Assembly: GCA_965223855.1 (NCBI GenBank)
Contig: CBDCXM010000009.1
Span: 2,976,001-3,040,000, forward strand
Direction: 5' to 3'
Source: Candidatus Multivoradales bacterium
Lineage (GTDB): Bacteria > Acidobacteriota > Thermoanaerobaculia > Multivoradales > JAHEKO01
DNA length: 64,000 nucleotides
The position numbers were made by a program, and so were the translations under genes. The notes below the pieces were generated by a model. It did no database searches and was not told the DNA's origin. It was given only the letters and a program-made list of their open reading frames with translations. Numbering within the stretch: position 1 is the stretch's first letter; every line of letters starts with the position of its first letter. Below, piece after piece: positions 44,966 through 55,678 of the stretch.

Positions 44966-46744
44966 ATGCGTTCCCTTCTCGCCGGCTTCTTCTGTGGCGC
45001 ACTGGTGCTGGCAGCTCCAGCCTCCGGTGACGGGACCCAGCGGCAGGACCCGCCGATGCCGTGGAACTACTCCGGTGTCCTTCCGCGAGAGCCGCGGGTG
45101 CCCGCGGTCGCCGGCAATTGCCCGGTCCCCGCGACGGCGGAGCGGGTGCTTGTCGCGGGCGACAGCTGGGCGCAGTACCTGTGGGATGACGACGCCCACA
45201 ATCTCGTTTTCGATCGCTTCGGCCATGCGGACAAGTTCGCGATCAGCCGCTCGCTCGGTGACGACCCGGGTCCCGGGCACACCGGCCCCGAGTACGCCGT
45301 GTCGGGAAGCGAGGCCCGGCAGTGGGTCGATACCGCGAACTACCCCTGGATCGCCAACGTCGTGGCGGAGTTGCAGGCGCTGCCCTCGATCGACCACGTC
45401 ATGCTCAGCCTCGGCGGCAACGACATCCTCGCCGCCCGCCCCGGTGGCGGCTGGTACAAGGACATGGATCTCGACGTTCCCGGTTCGGAGGCGGCGCTCT
45501 TCGAGCGCATCCTCGACGACCTCGACACCATCGCGACCGAGTTCCGCTCCGTCCGACCGGGGATCGACGTGCTCGTTTCGAGCTACGAGTATCCGAACTT
45601 CAACGTCGACCCGCTGTGGTGCTGGATCTACGCCTGCCCGAAGCGCGAGGAGCTCAGCCGCGACCCTGTCAACGACCTCATTACCGACGTCGAACTCAAC
45701 GCCATGATCGTCGACGTCGAGGCCGAGCGCCGCGACTGGATCGTGGCGACGCCCGGCCTGTCGTTCGATCACGGCGTCGGGACGATGCACCACTACTACG
45801 GCGACGGCGTGACCGCCCCGGGAGCCCTTCCCCGGCCCGGTCAGCTGCCGCCCGACTTCTCGCCGTTCCCGGGAGGCAATCCGCTACGGCCGACCTTGCG
45901 CGAGAACTTCCGTCGCCCTCTGGGTCTCGACGCCGACCCGATTCACCTCGACGAGGAGGGCTACCTGTACAAGGTCGCGCTTCAGACCGAAACGCACTAC
46001 TTCCCGAGCTTTCGGGGCGAGGTCTCGGTGACGCTCGAGTCCGAGGGAGGGGTCCGGGACGGCTGGACGAACGGCGACAGCAGCGGCACCGAAGCGATCC
46101 GGGTGGGAGACGACGGAGCGCGGCTGTATTTCGGACTGCTCAGCTTCGACACGGCGAGCCTCCCGCCCGGCGCCGAGATCGCCGGTGCCACCCTCTACCT
46201 GCTCCGCAACTCGGGAAGCGGCTCCAATCCGTTCACGAGCGGCGACCTCGGGGTGCCGAGTGTCGACGTGAAAACCGGCTCGTTCGGAGCTCCGGCCGTG
46301 GAGGTCTCGGACTGGAACGAGCCGGCGGACGCCGAAGACGCCGGTTGCCTTGTCGGCTCGGCGCGCGACGAGTTCGGAGCGCTCCGCATCGACCTCGGGG
46401 CGGAGGGGATCGCCGCCATCAATCGGGAGGGGTTGACGCAGTTCCGCCTGCAGTTTTCGGCCATCGACACGGGAGAGGACCGCGTCGACTTCAAGGACGG
46501 CGATGCCTCCTTCGCGGCCCAGCCTCCCGTCCGGCTCCGGTGGCACACGAAGACGGAGGGGACGGAGCCGGCCCTCGTCGGCTCGATCGCCCACCGTGGG
46601 GTCGCGGAGGTCTTCGGCAGCGCCAGGCCGCGCCTCGAGCTCCGCTTCACCGGCCCGATCTTCGAAGACGGATTCGAGTCCGGGGACACCTCCGCCTGGA
46701 GCGCGACGGTGAGACTGCCAACCCCTGAGACTGCCAACCCCTGA
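44966..46744 (+). CDS. Secreted SGNH/GDSL hydrolase with a C-terminal beta domain and IFEDGFESGD tail
   Basis: Signal peptide; GDSW, GGND, DPIH blocks; GLLSFDT..GATLYL (DNRLRE-like); IFEDGFESGDTSAWS. Confidence 0.75.
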   Translation: MRSLLAGFFCGALVLAAPASGDGTQRQDPPMPWNYSGVLPREPRVPAVAGNCPVPATAERVLVAGDSWAQYLWDDDAHNLVFDRFGHADKFAISRSLGDDPGPGHTGPEYAVSGSEARQWVDTANYPWIANVVAELQALPSIDHVMLSLGGNDILAARPGGGWYKDMDLDVPGSEAALFERILDDLDTIATEFRSVRPGIDVLVSSYEYPNFNVDPLWCWIYACPKREELSRDPVNDLITDVELNAMIVDVEAERRDWIVATPGLSFDHGVGTMHHYYGDGVTAPGALPRPGQLPPDFSPFPGGNPLRPTLRENFRRPLGLDADPIHLDEEGYLYKVALQTETHYFPSFRGEVSVTLESEGGVRDGWTNGDSSGTEAIRVGDDGARLYFGLLSFDTASLPPGAEIAGATLYLLRNSGSGSNPFTSGDLGVPSVDVKTGSFGAPAVEVSDWNEPADAEDAGCLVGSARDEFGALRIDLGAEGIAAINREGLTQFRLQFSAIDTGEDRVDFKDGDASFAAQPPVRLRWHTKTEGTEPALVGSIAHRGVAEVFGSARPRLELRFTGPIFEDGFESGDTSAWSATVRLPTPETANP

Positions 46745-46747
46745 GAC
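46710..46747 (+). repeat. 16-bp tandem duplication
   Basis: TGAGACTGCCAACCCC twice (46710-46725, 46726-46741) plus partial TGAGAC. Confidence 0.9.
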
Positions 46748-46772
46748 CGTCCCCGGGGGATCGCAACCCGGC

Positions 46773-48284
46773 TCAGCGCTCGACACGCCGGTCCAGAGCG
46801 CGGTACTGGATCGCTTCGGCGAGATGCGCCGTGCCGACCTCCGAGGCGCCGGCGAGATCGGCGATCGTCCGGGCGACCCGCAGCAGACGGTGAAGGCCGC
46901 GGGCGGAGAGGCCGAGCCGATCGAACGCCGCCCGCACCAGCTCTCTGCCGTCGGGGGAGAGGGAAGCGGCGCTCTCGACGCGGTCCGGGGCGAGCTCGGC
47001 GTTGGTACACGCCTGCCGCCGGAGCTGGACCGTCCTCGTGCCGACGACCCGATCGCGCACGTCCGAGCTGCTGTCTCCGGCCGCACGGGAGGTGAGGACG
47101 TCGAACTGCTGTGCCGGCACCTCCACGTGAAGATCGATCCGGTCGAGGAGTGGGCCGGAAATCCGCGCCCGGTAGCGCTCGATTCCCCGGCTCGAGCATT
47201 CGCAGTCGTGAAGCTCGTCGCCGAGGTGGCCGCACGGGCAGGGGTTCATCGCCGCCACCAGCTGAAAGCGGGCCGGGAAGCGGAGGCGCGCGTAGGCGCG
47301 CACGAGGAACAGGTGTCCTTCCTCGAGCGGCTGTCGGAGCGCCTCGAGCGTCGAACGTCGGTACTCGGGCAACTCGTCGAGGAACAGCACTCCTCGATGC
47401 GCGAGACTGATTTCGCCAGGGCGAGGCACCCCGGCGCCGCCACCCACCATCCCCGCCTCGCTGATGCTGTGATGCGGAGCCCGGAAGGGGCGCATCGAAA
47501 CGAGTCCGTTGGGAGGCGTCTCGCTCACGAGCGAGTGGATCTTCGTCACCTCCAGCGCTTCCTCGCGCTCGAGCGGCGGGAGGATCCCGGCGAGACGACG
47601 GGCGAGCATCGTTTTGCCGCTTCCCGGAGGACCGACAAAGAGCAGGTTGTGGCCACCGGCGGCGGCGACCTCGAGAGCTCTCTTGGCACCCTCCTGACCT
47701 CGGACCTCCGCGAGATCCGAGGTCTCGGCGAGCGGCGTCTCCGGCTCCACGGCCACCGCGGGCACCCGCGTCTCGATGCCGAGTAGATGCTGGAGCGCCT
47801 GCGCGAGCCCGCTCACCCCGATCACCGGCAGTCGCCTCAGCGCCGCCGCCTCGGAGGCACACCCTTCGGGAAGCAGGACCTCGCGTGAGCCCAGGCGATC
47901 GGCAAGGTGGGCGATCGCCAGAGCGCCACGAATCGGCCGGGTACGACCGTCGAGCCCCAGCTCGCCGCAGAACAGGCGACCGGCCAGGACCTCCTGCGGA
48001 ATCTCCTCGTACGCCGCCAGCAGGGCGACGGCGATCGCGAGATCGAGGTGGTTCCCCGCCTTCTTCATGTCGGCCGGCGCCAGATTGACCGTCACAACAC
48101 GCGGCTCGAGGCGGATTCCGCAGTTGCGGATCGCCGTCCTGACCCTCTCGCGGCTCTCCCTCACGGCGGTGTCGGGAAGCCCGACGATCTGCATCTGAGG
48201 GAGGCCGTGGCGGACATCGACCTCGACCTGCACCGGCCGGGCGTCGATTCCCCAAGGGGTCGCCGCTGTCGCGCGCGCCAACAT
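46773..48284 (-). CDS. comM: YifB/ComM Mg-chelatase-like AAA+ ATPase
   Basis: VGLPD..VRESRERV, NLAPAD, GELGLDG, GPPGSGKTMLA, PFRAPHH, LFLDELPE, SGPLLDRID. Confidence 0.93.
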   Translation of the reverse strand: MLARATAATPWGIDARPVQVEVDVRHGLPQMQIVGLPDTAVRESRERVRTAIRNCGIRLEPRVVTVNLAPADMKKAGNHLDLAIAVALLAAYEEIPQEVLAGRLFCGELGLDGRTRPIRGALAIAHLADRLGSREVLLPEGCASEAAALRRLPVIGVSGLAQALQHLLGIETRVPAVAVEPETPLAETSDLAEVRGQEGAKRALEVAAAGGHNLLFVGPPGSGKTMLARRLAGILPPLEREEALEVTKIHSLVSETPPNGLVSMRPFRAPHHSISEAGMVGGGAGVPRPGEISLAHRGVLFLDELPEYRRSTLEALRQPLEEGHLFLVRAYARLRFPARFQLVAAMNPCPCGHLGDELHDCECSSRGIERYRARISGPLLDRIDLHVEVPAQQFDVLTSRAAGDSSSDVRDRVVGTRTVQLRRQACTNAELAPDRVESAASLSPDGRELVRAAFDRLGLSARGLHRLLRVARTIADLAGASEVGTAHLAEAIQYRALDRRVER

Positions 48285-48361
48285 TCAACCATCCAGACGC
48301 CGTCGCCGCGGGCGATCTCACACCGCCCGCTTCTCCCCGGGGAGTGACTAAACTACCGGCA

Positions 48362-49874
48362 ATGATCGAACTCACCGGCAGCGCTCTCGACCTGGCCACC
48401 GTCGGCAGGATCGCCGGGGGAGAGGCGTGCTCGTTGAGCCCGGGCGCGATCGACCGCATGGAAGGCTCCCGCGGTGAGGTCGAGCGAGCCGTCGCCGCAC
48501 AGGTACCGGTTTACGGCATCAACACCGGGTTCGGCGAGCTGGCGACCGTCTCGATTCCCTGCCGGGAAGGCGGCGGAGCTGCAGCGCCGCCTGCTGCTGT
48601 CGCACGCCGCGGGCATCGGGCGAGCGCTCGAACCGGCCGTCGTACGCGTCATGCTGGGACTGCGTGCCAATGCGCTGGCGGTGGGGCTTTCCGGCATTCG
48701 CCCCGCGGTCGTCGAGCGTCTGCTGCTGTTCCTCGAGCGCGACTGGTTGCCTTTCGTCCCGCGACGGGGCTCGGTCGGGGCGAGCGGCGATCTCGCCCCT
48801 CTGGCGCACCTTGCCCTGCCGCTCCTCGGGGAAGGCCTCTTCCTAGGAGAGGAAGACCGACCCGTACCGGCGATGGAGCAGCTCTCGCGAGCCGGGCTCG
48901 AGCCGCTGGCCCTGGAGCCCAAGGAGGGTCTCGCCCTCATCAACGGCACCCAGGCGATGACGGCGGTCACCGCGGTGGCGGCCCTCGAAGCCGGCCGCCT
49001 CGTCCGCCTCGCGGACCTCGTCGGCGCACTCTCCCTAGAGGCGCTCCGCGGCTCGGACACCGCCTTCGATCCCCGGCTCCATGCGGCACGCCCCCACCCC
49101 GGGCAGGAGACGAGCGCCCGCAACCTCCGTGCACTGCTCCAGGGGTCCGAGATCCGCGAGTCACACCGCGAGAACGATCCCCGGGTGCAGGACCCCTACT
49201 CGTTGCGCTGCATGCCTCAGGTTCACGGCGCCGTCAGGGACGTGCTGGCCGACGTCGTCCGCCGGTTGGAGATCGAGTTCAACGCGGTGACCGACAACCC
49301 GCTGGTCTTCGCCGACGGCGGCGAGATCCTCTCGGGCGGCAACTTCCACGGTGAGCCGATCGCGTTCGCCGCCGACTTCCTCGGCATCGCACTCACGGAG
49401 CTCGCCTCGATCTCCGAGCGCCGGATCGAGAAGCTGACCGATCCGCACCATTCCGGCCTGCCGCCGTTCCTGGTGACCGACGCGGGCCTCGACTCCGGCT
49501 TCATGATCCCGCAGGTGACCGCGGCGGCACTCGTGTCCGAGCTCAAGGGACTCGCTCATCCGGCTTCGGTCGACTCGATCCCGACGTCCGCCGGTAAGGA
49601 GGATCACGTCTCGATGGGGATGACGGCCGCTCTCAAGCTGCAGCGGATCGTCCTTCATGTCCGCCGCGTGCTGGCGATCGAGACCCTCGCAGCCGCTCAG
49701 GGGCTCGAGTTTCATCGCCCACTCCGATCCAGCCGTGCCCTCGAGGCCTTTCACGCCACGGTGCGTGAGATCGTCGAGCCGTGGGAGCGAGACCGATGGG
49801 CACATCCCGACCTCGTGTCCATGGAACGCCGGCTCGGCGGCGACCTCTCCCTGCACCTCGACACGCTCGAATAG
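48362..49874 (+). pseudogene. hutH: Histidine ammonia-lyase, split by a +1 frameshift near 48560 (pseudogene, sequence error or recoding)
   Basis: Frame A: MIELTG..VYGINTGFGELATVSIP; frame B continues AGKAAELQRRLLLSHAAG, GASGDLAPL (MIO), KEGLALINGTQ, QDPYSLRC, GGNFHG, EDHVSM. Confidence 0.9.
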
Positions 49875-49925
49875 ACCCCCGGACCTCCTGCCCCTCGGGG
49901 TCGAGAGGAACTGAAAGGACCGACG

Positions 49926-51614
<1,689 letters not shown>

Positions 51615-51640
51615 GGGTTGCCGATCGGTTGAGATCTCCG

Positions 51641-54600
51641 ATGGCTGGGGAGTCACTCGGTTCGTCCTCGGCGGGCCCAAGCCGATTCGAGCGATTTCTC
51701 GTCGCAGCGCTGGCGATCCTGGCCCTGGCGGCGGCAGCCGGCGAGGGGTGGCGCCACCGGACCGTCGCGACCCAGGACGAGCTCATCGCCGCAGCCCGGG
51801 CCGGATACGAGGCGCTCTGGCGACGGATCGACGCCCTGTCCCAGCGGGCCGCCGCAGAGGATCTGACCTCCCTCCCGCGAGAGGAGCGCTTTCGCCGCCT
51901 CGCTCGCCTCGTCGCCTCGCAGAGCGACTTCGACTGGTCGATCTACTATGTCGACCCCCAGGGGAGGATCGACGCGTGGGCGGGGGCGGGCCTGTTGCAC
52001 GAGCTCGACCGCTTCTCCCTGCCGCGAGCCGGGCGCACATCGCGCGCGAGCCTGACCGCCTCGAGTCTGCTCTCGGTGGTTCCCATCGCAGGCAACGCAG
52101 GCCGCGTGGTCGCGGGCGTGAGCCTGAGTTCGGAAACACTGCCCTTCGCTCTCCCGGGAGGAGCGGAACGTGGCACCCGCTGGAGCGCCATTCCCTTCGG
52201 CGGCGCGGTGCCCGGTGGACGAGCGGCCGTCGTCGTCAGTGAGACTCCGACTCTGCTGCTCGACACCGGTTCGCTGGGCGGGGATCGAAGACCGGACTGG
52301 CGGCTTCCCATGGCATTCGGCGCACTGCTGCTTTGCGCGATCGGAAGCGGCAGGCGAAGGCGCTACCCGGCTCTTGCGGCGCTCGCGCTGGGCGGCGGCA
52401 TCGGTCTCCTCTCTATCGCCCTGGCCGTCTCACCGTGGATCGCCGTTGCGGTCGGGCTCACGGCAGGGCTGCTGGCGTGGCTGGCCACGCGAAGGCGATC
52501 CGACCCGGGTGATCGGGACGGGTTCCAGGGTGTCTTTCGACGAGTGGCCGGTCCGGTGCGGGGATCGGTCACCGTGCTGGCGACGACTGCGTTGGCCGGC
52601 TGGATCACCCGCTCCGGCAACCCCGACCTGGGCGAGTCGTTCCTGATCTCTCCGGACGCGTGGGCCCAGCGGGTTCTGCTGCTCCTCCTGACCTTCCTGG
52701 TCTGGGAACTGCTCGCGGCCCTCGGGGTGCGGGCTTCGAGTACGAGCTCGCAGGAGAGCCGGCTGTGGTGGGCCGCCGGGCTGCTCGTCGCCGCGGCCGC
52801 GATCGTAGACCTCACGGTGCTGGTTCTCGGACTCGCGCTGACGGCCGGGATCCTGGCCGCGTCCGGTCTTTCGGCCGTCAGTCTGCGCGGCCGGCCGCTC
52901 CTCACCGCGGGCGTGACGCTGCTGGCGGCGCTCCTTTCCGCCACCGTTCACGAGACGATGTTCCGCTGGCAGCTGAGGCACGACCTCGCCGGGCCGACCC
53001 TCGACGCCCTCGCCCCGCCGACCCGCAACGAGACGGTCGAACTCCAGGACCGTCTCCGGGAGCACTTCCATCGCCTCGACCTCGCCGATCTCAGCGCCGG
53101 CTCGATTCGTGAGATGGACCTTTCGGACCTCGCCTTCGAAACCTGGCGGAGGTCCCCCCTGGCGCGGCAGCGTGCCGTGTCGGCGATCACGCTGGCGGGC
53201 GACGGTGGAGAAGGAAGCTCGTTCTCCTTCGGGATCCCTCTCGATGACGGAGGGACACCGACCGTCCAGTCCCGGGAGCGCCCGTTCGACCGGCCGGTCT
53301 GGGACCACGCACTCGTCACCGACCGGCTGCCGATCCTGCTGGAGGATCGTGAGTGGGGGACGCTCGAGTACTGGCTGCTGGTGCGCCCCGGGCATCGTCT
53401 GGCATCCGGGCCGATCGAGGATGTCGGCCGCGACCTGCTCAGGGGAGGGCCCAGCGGGCGGGGAGCCGTGCAGGAGATCCTCTCGCCGGCCGCCTACGCT
53501 CTCTACGGCAGTCCCGACGATCCGAGGATCTCGCCCTGGACGGATCCACCGCCGCTGGAGCGGGCGGCGCTTTCCGACGGCCGCGGCCGTCTCGAGCACG
53601 ACGAGACGTGGTGGTGGTTCTGGAGCGCTACCGAGCCGGACGGCTATCGGTTGGCGTTGCTGCCACGCGCCACGCCGATCGAGGGTCTGACCCGGGTCGC
53701 CACCCAGGCTGCGGGAGCCTGGCTGCCCCTCGCTCTCCTGACGTTGGCGAACCTCCTGTTGCGCCTCTCGCGACGGGCCTTCCGTGACCGCGCGCGGCTT
53801 CTCTGGCGTTCGTACTCGCGCCGGCTCGTGCTGGTCTTCTCACTGCTGGTGATCGTGCCGGCGGTCCTCGTCGATCTCGTGGTCCTGCGCGCCCTCGAGG
53901 AGAGGCTGGCAGGCGAGAAGCTCGCCGAAGGTCGGCGCGCTCTCGCCTCCGCGCGTCAGGTGGTGAGTGAGTACGCCGCAGCGAGAGAGCCGGGCAGCGA
54001 GTTCGCGACCGATCTCGACAACTCCCTGATGGCGTGGCTCGCAGGCGTTCTGCGGCACGACGTCAACCTCTACTGGACCGGCAACGACGTCGTCATCGCT
54101 TCGAGCCGGCCCGAGCTCTTCGCCACCGGAATCCTGCCGCGACGCGTGCCGGGGGCGGTCTACGACGCCCTCAAACTCCGCGGTCGACGCTCCGCCTCGC
54201 GCCTTCAGCAGGCGGGATCCACCCGCTACACCGAGCTCTACGCACCGGTGACGCTGCCGGGCGAGGAGGCGGGCGGAGCCCAGTTCCTCATCTCCGTGCC
54301 CCTCATGGCGCAGGAGGAGGCGGTCGCGGGTGAGGTCGCCCGGCTGCGGCGGCAGATCCTCCTGGCGACCGCCGCCCTGGTGCTGCTGCTCGTCGCTCTC
54401 GGGACCCGCCTGGCCACCCGATTCACCCGACCGCTCGAGGAGATCGTCGACGGGACGCAGCGCATCGCCGCCGGAGCGACACGGCTCGACCTTGCCCCCG
54501 ACGCACTCGAGCTCGCCACCCTCGTGCAGGCGATCGACCGGATGGCTCAGCACATCGCCGAAGGGCGGAGCCGCCTGCTGGCGGAGAAGGCGGTCGTCGA

Positions 54601-55624
54601 GAGGATGGTCGACAACATCACGGCGGCGGTGGTATCCCTCGACGGCGAGGGACGGGTGCTGATGCAGAACGCGGTCGCCGCCGAGCTGCTCGGAACCAGC
54701 GTCGGAGAGGCGATCGAGGTGGCACTCGCGCGGCGCGAGGCGCTCGCCGGGTTGCCGGACGCTCTCGCGAAGGCGCGCGATCGCCGCAAGCCGCAGACTC
54801 TGACCTTGCCGGCGATCGGGGACGAGGAGCCCCGGGAATGGACGATCGTGTGGGCCGACGTACCCGGCGAAGGGAGTCCGGTGGCCCTCGTGGTGGTGGA
54901 AGACGTGACGGAGGTCATTCGCGGAGAGCGCCTCGAGGCGTGGGCCGAGATGGCGCGGATGATCGCTCACGAGATCAAGAACCCTCTGACCCCGATCCGG
55001 CTTTCGGCCGAACATCTCAGAGAAGTGCGCCAGCGCAACCCGAAGAACTTCGACGAGGTGTTCGAGCGCTGCACGACGAACATCCTGCGCCACGTGGAGG
55101 AGCTGCGCGCGATCTCGAGCGAGTTCTCGACCTATAGCCGTATCCCCAGGATCGAGCCCGGGCACGGGGACCTCGTCGCCGCCGTTAGGAGCCTCGTCGA
55201 CGGATACTCGACCTCGCCTCCGGCCGGCGTGGAGGTCCTCTTCGAGAGCGCGGAGGAGAGCCTCGAGTGCGAGTTCGACCCCAAGCTTCTGCAGCGCGCG
55301 CTGCGCAACCTTCTCGAGAACGCGCTGAGGGCGGTCGCCGACGGCGGGCGGGTCACCGTCGCCGTAGAGCGGGGCGAACACGCGATCGTGACCGTTCGGG
55401 ACGACGGTCCCGGCGTTCAGGCCGGCGCCCTCGCGCGAATCTTCGACCCGTACTTTTCGACACACGATACCGGCACCGGACTCGGCCTGCCGATCGCCCG
55501 CCGCATCATCGAAGAGCACGGTGGCGAGATCTCGGCTCGCAATCGCTCCGAGGGTGGGCTCGAGGTCAGAGTGCGGCTTCCGCTCGCCTCGGCACGCGCC
55601 GGACGGGCCGACCCCCTGCGGTAG
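51641..55624 (+). CDS. Very large multi-TM sensor histidine kinase (NtrY-like HAMP-PAS-HisKA-HATPase); start 51611 or 51641
   Basis: Many TM segments; TRPLEEI HAMP; AHEIKNPLTPI H-box; NLLENA, DDGPG, FDPYF, GTGLGL. Confidence 0.9.
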   Translation: MAGESLGSSSAGPSRFERFLVAALAILALAAAAGEGWRHRTVATQDELIAAARAGYEALWRRIDALSQRAAAEDLTSLPREERFRRLARLVASQSDFDWSIYYVDPQGRIDAWAGAGLLHELDRFSLPRAGRTSRASLTASSLLSVVPIAGNAGRVVAGVSLSSETLPFALPGGAERGTRWSAIPFGGAVPGGRAAVVVSETPTLLLDTGSLGGDRRPDWRLPMAFGALLLCAIGSGRRRRYPALAALALGGGIGLLSIALAVSPWIAVAVGLTAGLLAWLATRRRSDPGDRDGFQGVFRRVAGPVRGSVTVLATTALAGWITRSGNPDLGESFLISPDAWAQRVLLLLLTFLVWELLAALGVRASSTSSQESRLWWAAGLLVAAAAIVDLTVLVLGLALTAGILAASGLSAVSLRGRPLLTAGVTLLAALLSATVHETMFRWQLRHDLAGPTLDALAPPTRNETVELQDRLREHFHRLDLADLSAGSIREMDLSDLAFETWRRSPLARQRAVSAITLAGDGGEGSSFSFGIPLDDGGTPTVQSRERPFDRPVWDHALVTDRLPILLEDREWGTLEYWLLVRPGHRLASGPIEDVGRDLLRGGPSGRGAVQEILSPAAYALYGSPDDPRISPWTDPPPLERAALSDGRGRLEHDETWWWFWSATEPDGYRLALLPRATPIEGLTRVATQAAGAWLPLALLTLANLLLRLSRRAFRDRARLLWRSYSRRLVLVFSLLVIVPAVLVDLVVLRALEERLAGEKLAEGRRALASARQVVSEYAAAREPGSEFATDLDNSLMAWLAGVLRHDVNLYWTGNDVVIASSRPELFATGILPRRVPGAVYDALKLRGRRSASRLQQAGSTRYTELYAPVTLPGEEAGGAQFLISVPLMAQEEAVAGEVARLRRQILLATAALVLLLVALGTRLATRFTRPLEEIVDGTQRIAAGATRLDLAPDALELATLVQAIDRMAQHIAEGRSRLLAEKAVVERMVDNITAAVVSLDGEGRVLMQNAVAAELLGTSVGEAIEVALARREALAGLPDALAKARDRRKPQTLTLPAIGDEEPREWTIVWADVPGEGSPVALVVVEDVTEVIRGERLEAWAEMARMIAHEIKNPLTPIRLSAEHLREVRQRNPKNFDEVFERCTTNILRHVEELRAISSEFSTYSRIPRIEPGHGDLVAAVRSLVDGYSTSPPAGVEVLFESAEESLECEFDPKLLQRALRNLLENALRAVADGGRVTVAVERGEHAIVTVRDDGPGVQAGALARIFDPYFSTHDTGTGLGLPIARRIIEEHGGEISARNRSEGGLEVRVRLPLASARAGRADPLR

Positions 55625-55678
55625 GATCTGCCGGTCCCAACCACACTCCGACCAAGCCCCCGACGAGGAGGATTCGCG

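Noticed and set aside
46710-46747. Tandem repeat as a CRISPR remnant
   Set aside because: 16-bp units with no spacers and no cas genes
48560-49354. Continuation of the hutH N-terminal frame (336-aa ORF) as a real protein
   Set aside because: After the frameshift point it is low-complexity Arg/Pro/Gly sequence; HutH homology is in the other frame
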